From positions 1,056,001 through 1,120,000 of the forward strand of contig OY970393.1 in the NCBI GenBank assembly GCA_963720465.1: DNA of 64,000 nucleotides, in the 5' to 3' direction. The translations under genes were made by a program, and so were the position numbers. Below are positions 1 through 10,458 of the stretch, in pieces; positions within the stretch are counted from its first letter, which is position 1; the number at the start of each line of letters is the position of its first letter. The notes below the pieces were generated by a model. That model ran no database searches and was not told where the DNA came from. It saw only the letters and a list, made by a program, of their open reading frames with translations. This stretch comes from Methanobacteriota archaeon. Lineage in GTDB: Archaea; Halobacteriota; Bog-38; Methanoflorentales; Methanoflorentaceae.

Positions 1-457
1 AGAAGGTCAGATCGCTTTCCCCGTCAACGACCGCAAGAAGCATCTTTTTCCGCACGTTTTGAGTGAGTTTGACCTTTTGCACGAGATCAGCAAAGGGAAC
101 GGCAATACGTTCTGAAAGCACGTAGACGTAGGCAAAAGCCGCACCCTCGCCGGGCCGTCCTCCGCGCGGATACAGCCGGAAGTCCGTCACGCTTGGTTGC
201 ACGTAGTAACCCCGTTCGCGAAGGTCCTTGTAGACCACATATTTGAGGTCAAAGTAGGGTTGAATGCCAGAAGCCCTTTTCAGAAACTCTTTGAGCGAGA
301 CCTCCAATTCAAGCCGATCCCGTTCTATCAAGAAGGCAGCTTCGACCAGTGACAGCTCGAGGCCGTCGCCTTTCAGCCGACCATAGTAGCTGTAGTCCTC
401 CTCCGCAAAGGATCTCCTAGAGAGCACTACTTTGTCGCCCTTTATGTCCAACGCCAT
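1..457 (-). CDS. endA: tRNA-intron endonuclease (partial, 3' end beyond window)
   Basis: Manual translation from ATG at 457: MALDIKGDKVVL...YGRLKGDGLELSLVEAAFLIE...FDLKYVVYKDLRERGYYVQP...DFRLYPRGGRPG...LAVVDGESDLTF; typical EndA motifs (LSLVEA, VYxDLRxRGY). Absent from ORF track because truncated. Confidence 0.9.
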   Translation of the reverse strand, partial: MALDIKGDKVVLSRRSFAEEDYSYYGRLKGDGLELSLVEAAFLIERDRLELEVSLKEFLKRASGIQPYFDLKYVVYKDLRERGYYVQPSVTDFRLYPRGGRPGEGAAFAYVYVLSERIAVPFADLVQKVKLTQNVRKKMLLAVVDGESDLTF

Positions 458-578
458 CGTCTCACACCGTTCCTGTCATTTCCCAATACTGATGACGCGA
501 TATTACTTTTTCCCCCTAATGCATAGCTTAAAATAGCAGCCAGCTGAGAATCTTATTGGTATCGGGCAGGCTCAGAGG

Positions 579-3488
579 ATGCACTCAGTTGTAGATTCAA
601 TTAGCGGTCAGTTTGCGCCCCTCTTTCCCTTCACATTTTTCAATGAAATGCAGTCGCGCGTGCTACCAAGTCTCCTCACATCGGATGAAGATGTTGTCGT
701 TGCAGCGCCGACCGCATCCGGAAAGACCGTCCTTGCTGAGCTTGCGATGGTTCGCGAGCTCTCAAAGCCGCGAAGCGGCAAAATCCTCTACCTCGCACCG
801 ATGCGGGCACTCACAAACGAGAAAGAAGGCGAGTGGCAAAGACTGTTTGAGCCAATGGGATTTGAGGTTTACGTCGTTTCTGGCGAACGCGAGCTGGACC
901 CAGCAAAAGCCCGCAGCGCACACATCATCATATCGACGCCGGAGAAATGGGATTCTTCGAGCAGAAAGTACCGCACGACACACAAGTTCGTAGGAGACGT
1001 CTCGGTTATTATCATCGATGAGGTACATCTGCTCGATTCTGACGGGCGCGGCGGCGTGCTTGAGGCTTTGATTACCCGGATGAAGCGCATCACGGACAAC
1101 AAAGTCCGGATCGTTGCACTCAGCGCGACGATGCCCAACGTTCGCGAGGTCGCTCAATGGATAGGAGCCACGGAAGAGCGAACCTTTGCATTTGACGATT
1201 CTTACCGCCCAGTTCCACTCAAAGCCGACGTTTTTGGATACAATCCTGGCAAGAACAAGTTCGTAGACAAGTATATTAGACTTTATAAGGCCGTCTCACT
1301 GATCGAGCCCCACCTCGCCGGCGGTCAGGCGCTCATTTTCGTAGCTACGCGGTCTGACACGACTCAAGCAGCGTCAAAGCTCGTCGAAATCTTCGCCACA
1401 AAAAGTGCGAGGCTTACAACACAAGAGTCCGAACAAGTGGCAGCACGAATTAAGAACAAATCCCTCGGAGACGCCGTGCGCAACGGTATCGGTTTTCACC
1501 ACGCAGGTCTTGTGAAGCAAGACAGAGACCTTATTGAGGAGGCTTTCAAAGCCGGACACATCAAGATACTGGTCTCGACGTCGACGCTCGCCTGGGGTGT
1601 GAACCTGCCTGCACGTGTTGTCGTTATTCGCGACATCGCGAACGAAGCCATCGATGAGGAAACAAGCTCATTGGATCTGCTCCAGATGCTCGGTAGGGCT
1701 GGAAGGCCCCAGTATGACGAACGTGGATTCGGGTGGATTATCGCTCCACGCGACCGTGCAGAAGAATTCGTGCAGATGTTGCGGGAGGGGCCACCCATAC
1801 GCTCGCAGTTGCACACCACGCTCAGCGAGCATTTGAATGCCGAAATCAGCATGGGCACTATCAAGAGCCGTGAGGATGCCCAACAATGGTTTAGCGGGAC
1901 GTTCTATTACGTGCAACACCCGGAATCAAGTGTCTTGTTGGACGATCACGTGAACGCCCTCATCGAAAAAGGCTTCGCCGTCGAGGCACAGAATAATCTG
2001 CTTCCGACCGATCTTGGCACGCTTGCCTCGAAATATTACCTTCGCCTTGACACGGCTCGCGGATTCAAACAATTGAGAGAGGGGCCTTCAGACGAGGAGC
2101 TGCTCAACGCCGTTGCATCCGCTGAAGAGTTCATCAGCGTGGTCGTTAGGCGCAACGAACTCTCAGCGATTAAGGGCGCGCAAGCGCATTATACAGGGTC
2201 AAAGTCGAAGGTATATGCGATATTGAAGGCATACATCGAGCGCGGGGAAGTCCCAGAAGTGCTGCGCAGCGACGCGTGGCTCATCCGACAAAACGCGCTT
2301 CGGCTTCTATCGGCGCTTGAAGCGTTCCTCCTCCGTTTCAATGCACCGGAAACTGTCTTGCGTGCGAAAATTCTCGCCCTAAGACTTGAATACGGAGCGC
2401 CAGAAAAGCTGTGCCCCTTGCTTCAGCTGGACGCAGTGGGCATAAAACAAGCGACTCAGCTCTATGCGCAGGGGATCAGATCGCCGTTTGATATCACCGG
2501 TACCATGCTTTCAAGACTTGTTGCCGGCGCGCGGATAGCACAGTCAATAAGCAAGCTGCCCGAAATCGTGATTGACATGCAGTTGCCCGATTCCATAGCA
2601 TTTGGACAAGGCCTAATGTGTCACGCAACTCTAGCAAACGCTCGCGGAGGCGCACGTGTGTCGGTAACCGTGTTTGCCAACGGGCTCAAGATGCTTCGCG
2701 ATAGTCTCTATCTAGCGAATGGGTATACCAAATCAATTCCCATCGCCATCTATGGCTCTCAAAACGAACGAGTCACGTATCAAGTGCGAGTCGACCATCT
2801 CGACTGCGTTGAAGCTCCGCAGATCCGAGAGAACGAAATAATGATCGACGGACTCCCAAACGAACTAAGCGCAGCTACCAGTAACGCGGGCAAAAGACTG
2901 ATAACTACCGACAATGGGACAAGAGATCAGACGGAAGTACCACGCTTTTCTATCCCCCCTAGAGCGTTGGAGACGCCGCCCACGGCCCCCCATCACGCCT
3001 CGCGCAGGGAGAACACAAAACCGGACGAAGGGGTTTTAGACGTGCGCTCGAGATCCGTGGGGCGCTGCAAGCAATGTGGCGGCTCATTGAACCGCGCTGA
3101 AAGCGCAATAATGTGCGATTGCGGAGCAGTTTACAAACTGCCCACAGGAGCAGAACTCACAGAAAGTACTTGCAGCTGCGGGTTGCCCAAGTTCAGGCTC
3201 AAGCTTCTTGACGTTGACGTGTGCATTGACCGTCGATGCGAGAGCATGGATGACGTAATTTCCAAGCACTTCGCAACGAGCAACTTCATCTGCCCTCGCT
3301 GCCACGGTCCTCTAACCATCGTGCGCAGGAAGGGCATCATTGTGGGGTGTGCACAGTACTACGACGGATGTAAGACCGCATTTCTATTGCCTGCTAACGC
3401 TACGATCGTTGGACGGTGCGAGTGCGGGCTCCCAAAGCTGCAGTTGAAAACCAAGACTCGATGTCTCGATACCGCGTGCCGCGCGTAA
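579..3488 (+). CDS. Ski2-like (Brr2/Mer3-type) DEAD/DEAH helicase with Sec63-like region and C-terminal Cys-rich zinc-ribbon repeats
   Basis: APTASGKT, DEVH, SAT, HHAGL, TLAWGVNLP, QMLGRAGRPQYD; winged-helix motif HLNAEISMGTI; 16-Cys C-terminal tail. Confidence 0.9.
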   Translation: MHSVVDSISGQFAPLFPFTFFNEMQSRVLPSLLTSDEDVVVAAPTASGKTVLAELAMVRELSKPRSGKILYLAPMRALTNEKEGEWQRLFEPMGFEVYVVSGERELDPAKARSAHIIISTPEKWDSSSRKYRTTHKFVGDVSVIIIDEVHLLDSDGRGGVLEALITRMKRITDNKVRIVALSATMPNVREVAQWIGATEERTFAFDDSYRPVPLKADVFGYNPGKNKFVDKYIRLYKAVSLIEPHLAGGQALIFVATRSDTTQAASKLVEIFATKSARLTTQESEQVAARIKNKSLGDAVRNGIGFHHAGLVKQDRDLIEEAFKAGHIKILVSTSTLAWGVNLPARVVVIRDIANEAIDEETSSLDLLQMLGRAGRPQYDERGFGWIIAPRDRAEEFVQMLREGPPIRSQLHTTLSEHLNAEISMGTIKSREDAQQWFSGTFYYVQHPESSVLLDDHVNALIEKGFAVEAQNNLLPTDLGTLASKYYLRLDTARGFKQLREGPSDEELLNAVASAEEFISVVVRRNELSAIKGAQAHYTGSKSKVYAILKAYIERGEVPEVLRSDAWLIRQNALRLLSALEAFLLRFNAPETVLRAKILALRLEYGAPEKLCPLLQLDAVGIKQATQLYAQGIRSPFDITGTMLSRLVAGARIAQSISKLPEIVIDMQLPDSIAFGQGLMCHATLANARGGARVSVTVFANGLKMLRDSLYLANGYTKSIPIAIYGSQNERVTYQVRVDHLDCVEAPQIRENEIMIDGLPNELSAATSNAGKRLITTDNGTRDQTEVPRFSIPPRALETPPTAPHHASRRENTKPDEGVLDVRSRSVGRCKQCGGSLNRAESAIMCDCGAVYKLPTGAELTESTCSCGLPKFRLKLLDVDVCIDRRCESMDDVISKHFATSNFICPRCHGPLTIVRRKGIIVGCAQYYDGCKTAFLLPANATIVGRCECGLPKLQLKTKTRCLDTACRA

Positions 3489-3531
3489 GCATTACCTCAC
3501 AGCACCAACGTCTTCTTGTTCCGTGGTGCCC

Positions 3532-5094
3532 CTACAGCGGCACGTCAGGTTGCTTCCGAATCGTGGCGCTGTCTGGGTCAAGGCCGCGCCATTCGACAAC
3601 GTAGCCGAGAGCTTCCAACACTTTCTCTGGAGATGAGAATCCTTCTTCTTCGATTGCACCGAGCGCAGCAGGTAGTGCGCTACCTTCAAGGGCTTCTAGT
3701 CTCTCCGCGATTACGCCAAGCTTCAGTTCACTTATGAGAAGCATGCCGATCAGACGGTAGTGCGCTGCTGGATTGGCCTGCAGCCAACGCACGACGGCCC
3801 CTACCGATACAGACTGCTCGTCGGCCAGTTGCGTTACGTCGATTACGTCGCCTGTGAGTCCAAGCCGTGAGCCGTCGATGGTTTCGGCCTGCTGCACTAC
3901 GATCTTTTCCTCTAACTGCTTTAGGTAGTCGACGACCGGCTTCAGCGGCACTTTCTTGTCGTAGAAGATGACGAGGCCTTTCACTTCCTTGAACTTAGCA
4001 CAACTGAGGTTTCTATCAACAGCAATGAGTAAGTTCTCAACGTCGAGCTCCCGCAGCTTCCCGAGCTTTTTCTGAAGGTATTCGTCAGTCCAAAAACCGA
4101 CCACTTCCAGGTACGCCTTCACGCCGTTCTTTTCAAATCCGAAATCGGGGATAAACACGTACCGTCCGGCGGTCAATAGCTCAGGTTCTCTTTTTAGAAT
4201 CCAGCCCAACTTCAACGCGTTAAACGATCGGGCAAACGCCGCTTCAACGGAGCTGTCAAAGCGCTCTCTTGTTTCCTCGGCAGCCGGCACCTTAAAGAGC
4301 TCTTTTACCTTGTCGCTGTCAAGTTCCAGTTCGACCAACTTAGGTGCCTGTCGTTCCCCGGCAAGGATGTGTGCCTTTAGGCGCCATTCACGAGTCTCCA
4401 AGATTGATGGGAGCAGCTTCGCAAGCGATGCGCCGTACCGCTCGGTCATCTTGAAGAGCGAGACGGGGCCGTCCACGAAAACTCGATAAATGCCGCCGAC
4501 CTGCTCTACGGTGTACATGAGGCCCAGATATTTTAGCCGCCTGAAAATACGCTGGTAGTTGCCCCCCGCAGTAAACTCAAGAGAGACCGCCTTGAACAGC
4601 AACGTCTGCGTCAAGCTTAGGTTGTACTGCTGGATTAGCTCGCGCGGACGGAGAGGCACGAAGCGTTCAAGCACCAACTCGTCCTCGGCATCGCTCCAGA
4701 GCGACTCTTCGAGCTGCAATGGTGAGATGCCGAGTCGTGATGCTGCCTGTGCCATTACCTCTTCTTTCATTTCGTTCGTGGCGACAAGCGCATAACGATT
4801 TGCCTCTGTGAAGACTTCGCGGCGCGCTTTTTGGGGAGCAATATGGCTTTGCGGTTCGAAGACTGCTGACCGGTTGAGCAACGCGAGTAACCCCCTCACC
4901 AGTCGATAATCAAATCCGTCGCCCTCGAACTGCCGACAGTGCTTGACTAGCTCGCCCTGGCGCTTGCCCACGTGTGCTTCATAGGTCTCGATCAAACGCG
5001 ATGCCAACTCCACGTAACGCTCTTCAAGCGGCGCGTACACCGGTTTTATCTTTCCAGAGCGAGAACGGGCGATGAGGAGATTGCTAGGTAGCAC
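3532..5094 (-). CDS. bax1: DUF790 family endonuclease (Bax1-like)
   Basis: YNLSLTQTLLF, DGPVSLF..TERYG, FDSSVE, IPDF...LEVVGFWT.EYL.KK motifs; overlaps upstream XPB gene. Confidence 0.88.
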   Translation of the reverse strand: MLPSNLLIARSRSGKIKPVYAPLEERYVELASRLIETYEAHVGKRQGELVKHCRQFEGDGFDYRLVRGLLALLNRSAVFEPQSHIAPQKARREVFTEANRYALVATNEMKEEVMAQAASRLGISPLQLEESLWSDAEDELVLERFVPLRPRELIQQYNLSLTQTLLFKAVSLEFTAGGNYQRIFRRLKYLGLMYTVEQVGGIYRVFVDGPVSLFKMTERYGASLAKLLPSILETREWRLKAHILAGERQAPKLVELELDSDKVKELFKVPAAEETRERFDSSVEAAFARSFNALKLGWILKREPELLTAGRYVFIPDFGFEKNGVKAYLEVVGFWTDEYLQKKLGKLRELDVENLLIAVDRNLSCAKFKEVKGLVIFYDKKVPLKPVVDYLKQLEEKIVVQQAETIDGSRLGLTGDVIDVTQLADEQSVSVGAVVRWLQANPAAHYRLIGMLLISELKLGVIAERLEALEGSALPAALGAIEEEGFSSPEKVLEALGYVVEWRGLDPDSATIRKQPDVPL

Positions 5095-6445
5095 GCTCTG
5101 CGTCCCTCCATTTTCGCTTCCGACGGTGACTTATTTTTGTTTCGGTCGTATCACGTGTCACGATTTCAGTGAGTCTCGCGCGCTTTCCCTCTCGCTTTCG
5201 CAGCACGCGCCCGAGGCGCTGAATGAATTCTCGAGAGCTGCCGGTTCCGCTGAGTATGATTGCTTGCGCGGCGTCGGGAACGTCCACGCCTTCGTCAAGC
5301 ACTTTGGACGTGACTACCATACGGTACACGCCATCGTGAAAGTTCTCAAGGATCTCCCTACGCTCGCCCTTAGACGTCGTGTGCGTGATTGCGGGAATCA
5401 AGAACGTACGCGCGATGCGATCGACGAGCTTATTGTGTTGTGTGAAGATGATCGTCTGATCACTAGGATGGTCAAGAAGGAGCCCTTTAAGCGCTTCCAT
5501 CTTCGCCCGTGAGTTTAAGGCGATATCCAACGCCCGATTTCGAGCCAAAAGTGCCTTTCGCGCCTCTGGATCCCACGCGCTCCTCATGATAAACCGCGAG
5601 AAATCGTATTGCGTACGCATCAGAATATTGCGGCGCGCGATGTAATCGATGAATGCGCCGTGCATCCGCGTGTACTCCTCAGCCTCATCGGGCATCAAGT
5701 CGACAAAGAGATACCCGACTTCGTAGCCAGAAAGGTGTTCCTCTGCAAGGTCTTGCACGGTCAGCTCATAGACTTTGCCGCCAATAAGACGTTGGAGCTC
5801 GCTGTGCAGTCCGTCTTCGCGTTCATACGTTGCCGTAAGTCCTAGCCGCGCTTTCGACACAAACATTTCAGCGATGTGGCGATAGCCTGGCGAGGGGAGG
5901 TGGTGGACCTCGTCGAATATAACGAGCCCAAATCGATTGCCGAGCTCCGCGGCACGCAAATATGCTGAGTCGTACGTCGATACCGTGAGCGATTTGAGCA
6001 CGTTTTCGCCGCCCCCGTACGTCCCTATTTCGATCGCAAATTCAGCCGCAAGCACACGGCGCCACTGTTCTACTAGGTCGAGCGTAGGTACAATGACTAG
6101 CGAAGGCGTTTGCATCGTGCCAATTGCTCCGACGGCAACAATGGTTTTTCCAGCACCAGTCGGCAAGACTACCGTGCCTCGCTTTCCCGCTTGGATCCAC
6201 GAGTCCAACGCGTCTGTTTGGTAGTCCCGCAACGAGGCGTGGAACTGCAGCCGCGGGACCGGGAGCAACTCAAGCGCTTCATCTACATATTCGATGTGAC
6301 TGCTCTCGAGATAATCGGTAATATCGGCATAGTGCAAGGCCAGTGCCCTATACGCGCCAGAGCGCGCGTCCCAGTGGGAGTTCGGGACCCGCGCATCGCC
6401 GCGAATCAGCAGCGTACCTTTGTCGTATTCAATCCGCACTTTCAC
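5084..6445 (-). CDS. xpb: XPB/Rad25-like DNA repair helicase
   Basis: LRDYQ, LPTGAGKT, DEVHH, LGLTAT, VLDEGVDVP, QRLGRVLR. Confidence 0.9.
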   Translation of the reverse strand: MKVRIEYDKGTLLIRGDARVPNSHWDARSGAYRALALHYADITDYLESSHIEYVDEALELLPVPRLQFHASLRDYQTDALDSWIQAGKRGTVVLPTGAGKTIVAVGAIGTMQTPSLVIVPTLDLVEQWRRVLAAEFAIEIGTYGGGENVLKSLTVSTYDSAYLRAAELGNRFGLVIFDEVHHLPSPGYRHIAEMFVSKARLGLTATYEREDGLHSELQRLIGGKVYELTVQDLAEEHLSGYEVGYLFVDLMPDEAEEYTRMHGAFIDYIARRNILMRTQYDFSRFIMRSAWDPEARKALLARNRALDIALNSRAKMEALKGLLLDHPSDQTIIFTQHNKLVDRIARTFLIPAITHTTSKGERREILENFHDGVYRMVVTSKVLDEGVDVPDAAQAIILSGTGSSREFIQRLGRVLRKREGKRARLTEIVTRDTTETKISHRRKRKWRDAERAT

Positions 6446-6670
6446 TTACATCACCGCCGCGACCGGCCTGAGTCAGCTCCTTCGCACATCGGATTCACGC
6501 GTGCACAACTTGTCACATACGGAGGATCCACACTAATCCCCTCGCCGAATTGGGCGTGGGCGCGCTTTTCTCACCATTGCTCAGCGCCATAAGCTAACGA
6601 CGTACGATTTGAATGGACTGGAATACGACACAAAGCATCGTATTTTGCCTCGTCGACTCTGAGACAAATC

Positions 6671-7615
6671 TCAACCTGGTTGTGTCCTGTTGTGCGATAG
6701 CAACGTGCAGCTTTTGATCCATTCTCCCCGGGCCGCCCGGGACGTACCGACGATCAGGCGCGTAATTCCGGCTTCATTGCAGATTCCTCGCGCTTCGATC
6801 ACTTCACCTTCATTTGCTTGGCCCACGTAGGTGTGGGTATATGAGAGGACCTTTTTGACGGCCTCGTGCTCTATTTCGTAAATGGCAGGGCTGTCAAACG
6901 CATAGGTAGCGTTGGTTACCGTTGCGCGGACAGTAGCAAATCCATCGTCTGTTCCACGAGGCTCAATGGCTATCTCATCGAAGTCCCGTACGAATAGCAG
7001 ATCGAAGTACGTCGCCCCTATTGACCCGCGGTTCCATTTTCTTTTCTCGTGCAGGACGAACTCTTCGAATGTGAGTTCCGGAGTGCGCTTTTGGAATATC
7101 CGCCGCCACATGCCAGTATCAATCTCGGGCAACATTCCAGATTGTACCGCGTCGCGCAGAGCGTCTCGCCCGCATTCAAAGTTCGGCCTCCCGTAAAGAA
7201 CGAAATCAATGTCAGACGAGTCAGTTGCAAGCCCAAGAAGTCGAGAACCTGTGACGCCCATATTGCGCCGACTAATACCATTGCTCTCAAAAAAATCCAC
7301 GATAGACGAAACGTCGGCATCATCGCAGCGTTCCACGCACTGCCGAGGGCGCTCCAGCTGCGCAATGTCCTCGGAGGGAATGGCACAGAGCCCGTCTCGA
7401 TAGTGACGAGACTTATGCATCAGCTGCTGCGCTTCTTCGAAGCCCACTTTGCGAAACCGCGTACCGTCCGGGCTCACTCTTTCGCCATTTTTGTCCGGAA
7501 TGTAGCGCAAGAAGCCCCAGATATACGGCTCATTGTCATATGAAACAACCGCGTAAATCCAGTTATTTTTGGCTATAACAAAATCTCTTATTCTAACTGG
7601 TTCCTGCAACATCAT
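6671..7615 (-). CDS. Archaeal nucleotidyltransferase (DNA polymerase beta superfamily, COG1665-like)
   Basis: GVTGSRLLGL..DSSDIDFV motif; SYTHTYVGQA C-terminal motif. Confidence 0.75.
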   Translation of the reverse strand: MMLQEPVRIRDFVIAKNNWIYAVVSYDNEPYIWGFLRYIPDKNGERVSPDGTRFRKVGFEEAQQLMHKSRHYRDGLCAIPSEDIAQLERPRQCVERCDDADVSSIVDFFESNGISRRNMGVTGSRLLGLATDSSDIDFVLYGRPNFECGRDALRDAVQSGMLPEIDTGMWRRIFQKRTPELTFEEFVLHEKRKWNRGSIGATYFDLLFVRDFDEIAIEPRGTDDGFATVRATVTNATYAFDSPAIYEIEHEAVKKVLSYTHTYVGQANEGEVIEARGICNEAGITRLIVGTSRAARGEWIKSCTLLSHNRTQPG

Positions 7616-7919
7616 CTCGCGATCGTGTTGTCATTGCACCATTATTAAGTTTCCCAGATCTTAGTACTTAGTTGTCCTGCCTATGCAAGACCAGACCCTG
7701 TGAAATAGAGACAATCTAAGAGTGCTTATGCGAGTCGCGAGTCAAGGCTGCCACCGAAACAAGCCACGTGCGGCCCATTCCTGACGTTGACGTGTCTGTA
7801 GACGGGACCTCGCATTTATCGCCTTCTTCGTAAAGTATTGCTCTCCAGAGAGGGCCAAAAAATAAAGCCGCGTTGGATGCTGTTGGCAAAAAGGTAGAAC
7901 TTTTTACACTCGGTCAGGT

Positions 7920-8516
7920 TTACTCCCCGCTCCATGGTGGGATCCCAGTTCTTTCATACACGGTGTCGAGGCCCGCACCTCGGCGTACCACCACATAATT
8001 AACCAGATCCACGACGGTCGAAGGACCCAATGTTGCCGTGCCCCCTTGAAGCACGCAATCGACGCCGATCTTTACATTCTCTGCGCACATTGCTGGAGGC
8101 GCGCCGGCAACGTTAGCGCTAGTGGAGGTGATGGGGGCCCCTACACAGTCAATCAGTGCGCGAGTAACAATGTGCGACGGAAACCGAATGCCAACGAGGT
8201 TCGCACCGGCCGTAAGAACGTCAGGAACGACGTCCTTCTTTCGCAACAGCACGGTTACTGGCCCTGGCAATAATGTCTGAAGGAGGGGGGCGTCGTCGAT
8301 ATGCGCAACAGCCTCTATCATGTCAAAGCGAGAAACTGCAAGCGAGATAGGCTTTGAAGCCATCCGTTTGAGCGCGATCACTTTCCGCACGGTTGATTCT
8401 TGCAGCGCGAGCGCGCCAACTCCGTAGACAGTCTCGGTCGGGTAGGCTACTACCCTACCGGTCCTGATAGCGTGAGCAGCACCCTGCACACTTCTAGTCA
8501 CCTTAATAATAGCCAC
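7920..8516 (-). CDS. tsaC: L-threonylcarbamoyladenylate synthase (short TsaC/Sua5 YrdC domain)
   Basis: YPTETVYG, KR...KP, PGPVT, TSTSAN, PSTVVD. Confidence 0.88.
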   Translation of the reverse strand: MAIIKVTRSVQGAAHAIRTGRVVAYPTETVYGVGALALQESTVRKVIALKRMASKPISLAVSRFDMIEAVAHIDDAPLLQTLLPGPVTVLLRKKDVVPDVLTAGANLVGIRFPSHIVTRALIDCVGAPITSTSANVAGAPPAMCAENVKIGVDCVLQGGTATLGPSTVVDLVNYVVVRRGAGLDTVYERTGIPPWSGE

Positions 8517-8561
8517 CGCCAGCCCCTCGGCAAATAGCTGTCTGCAAAAAAGGCAGCGCCT

Positions 8562-9038
8562 TCAGTGCCGCCGCTTGACGATGGCCACATCTCCGAAGGT
8601 CAAGTTCTCGGACGGCTTGCCTTTTTGCGCTTTTTCACTGCCGATGTCGATGAGGAGGCTTACATTCAGCGCCTTTTCGAGTTTCTTTCGGAGCTTATCG
8701 TCAGGGGTTAATTCCTTTCGCTCAATTTTCTTTATGATGAGCGCCTTTTCCATTATTTTGGCCGCCAATTGCTCCTGGGTTAGTCTACTTTTTTGACGGG
8801 CGTACTTCACGATATGATCGAAATCGGGATCCAGTTCACCCTCCATTTGGCGATAAATATCCCGGTACCGGGTGCGGGAGTGTGCGGCGACTTTGTTCGT
8901 GGGTCCGCGCAGCGTTTCGGGGCGGCGGATTTCTGTGCCAAGACCTCCGCAAGCGGCGCACGTCTCGAGCTGTGCTCCCTCGATCATAACGCGTTTAGGC
9001 TTTCCTAGGATTTCTTTCCCGCATAATTCGCAGTGCAT
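8562..9038 (-). CDS. mbf1: Archaeal multiprotein bridging factor aMBF1
   Basis: MHCELCGK..CAAC zinc ribbon plus C-terminal HTH and LTFGD; start reassigned to ATG 9038; divergent from pan. Confidence 0.88.
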   Translation of the reverse strand: MHCELCGKEILGKPKRVMIEGAQLETCAACGGLGTEIRRPETLRGPTNKVAAHSRTRYRDIYRQMEGELDPDFDHIVKYARQKSRLTQEQLAAKIMEKALIIKKIERKELTPDDKLRKKLEKALNVSLLIDIGSEKAQKGKPSENLTFGDVAIVKRRH

Positions 9039-9085
9039 AGCTTTCCTCGAAAAAAGGATATATAGCATGCATTGTTAAATACCAT

Positions 9086-10324
9086 GTGGAGGAGACGACA
9101 GTGGAAGACTCGTTTGACGAAAGCGAAAAGAAGGGGAATGATTTTTCTGAATACCTCTTGGATCGCGTTCGTCAATTGGAAGAGCGCAATCTCAAGCTCC
9201 GCGATGCCAATCGCAAGGTCGAAAACGAGAAGAGATCCGCCGAGAACCAGAAGGTGCGTTACGAGCGCGAAGTCCGAAAACTCAGAAGTGAGCTTGAACG
9301 ACTCAAGGGACCACCGTTACTCGTGGGGACCGTGCTTGACGTGCTTGACGACAATCGAGTCGTCATCAAGAGCTCAACGGGTCCAAAGTTCGTGGTCAAC
9401 GCCTCGCAGTTCATCGAACAGGAACTCATCGCGGGCGCCCGAGTGGCGCTGAACCAACAATCTCTGGCTATCGTAGGCGCTTTGCCGCCTTCGAAGGATC
9501 CCACAGTGTACGGAATGGAAATCATCGAGACTCCAACCGTGAGCTACGATGACATCGGAGGTCTTGACGGTCAGATTCAAGAGCTGCGCGAAACGGTAGA
9601 GCTCCCACTATTGAAACCTGAGCTATTTAAGCGGGTAGGCATAGAACCGCCTAAAGGGGTGCTTCTCTACGGCCCTCCGGGAACAGGAAAAACCCTTCTT
9701 GCGAAGGCAGTAGCAAAAGAAACCGAATCGGTTTTCATTCGAATCGTAGGCAGTGAGCTCGTTCAAAAGTACATCGGCGAAGGCGCTCGACTCGTTCGAG
9801 AGCTATTTGAAATGGCCCGGGATAAGGCGCCCAGCATTATTTTCATCGACGAACTCGATGCGATAGGAGCGAAGCGCTTAGACAGCGCAACTTCGGGAGA
9901 TCGTGAAGTCCAACGGACGCTCATGCAGCTCCTCGCCGAGATGGACGGATTTGAAAATCGTGGCGACGTGAAGATCATCGGTGCGACAAATAGGAGCGAC
10001 ATACTCGACCCTGCGTTGCTTCGGCCTGGGCGCTTTGATCGCCTCATCGACATACCACTCCCAACGTACGAAGCCCGCGTTGAGATCGTCAAGATCCACA
10101 CGTCCGGCATGAACTTGGCTCACGAGATTGACGCCAAGAAGATTGCGAAGCTCACTGAAGGCGCAAGTGGCGCTGACATAAAAGCAATTGCGATGGAAGC
10201 CGGCATGTTTGCCATTCGCGCGGAGCGCGAGTCAGTGACAGCTGCCGATTTTGACGATGCCGTGCGTAAAGTGGTGGGCATGCCTAACGTCGAGACGCAG
10301 CAGCTGGGGTCAATGTTCGCATAA
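9086..10324 (+). CDS. pan: Proteasome-activating nucleotidase
   Basis: N-terminal coiled coil, OB domain, [23 protein letters not shown]-terminal MFA (HbYX-like). Confidence 0.96.
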   Translation: MEETTVEDSFDESEKKGNDFSEYLLDRVRQLEERNLKLRDANRKVENEKRSAENQKVRYEREVRKLRSELERLKGPPLLVGTVLDVLDDNRVVIKSSTGPKFVVNASQFIEQELIAGARVALNQQSLAIVGALPPSKDPTVYGMEIIETPTVSYDDIGGLDGQIQELRETVELPLLKPELFKRVGIEPPKGVLLYGPPGTGKTLLAKAVAKETESVFIRIVGSELVQKYIGEGARLVRELFEMARDKAPSIIFIDELDAIGAKRLDSATSGDREVQRTLMQLLAEMDGFENRGDVKIIGATNRSDILDPALLRPGRFDRLIDIPLPTYEARVEIVKIHTSGMNLAHEIDAKKIAKLTEGASGADIKAIAMEAGMFAIRAERESVTAADFDDAVRKVVGMPNVETQQLGSMFA

Positions 10325-10458
10325 GCGAGCAGCATTCTCCGTCTTTGAATCGTTCGTCTTTAGCGCGTGCTAGAAGGCCATTGCGGTGGCGCGTGTGGGT
10401 GTGCGATTGAGTATTTTCTAATTCTACGACACCCCAGCGCTTACTACGCGTTTTTCCT

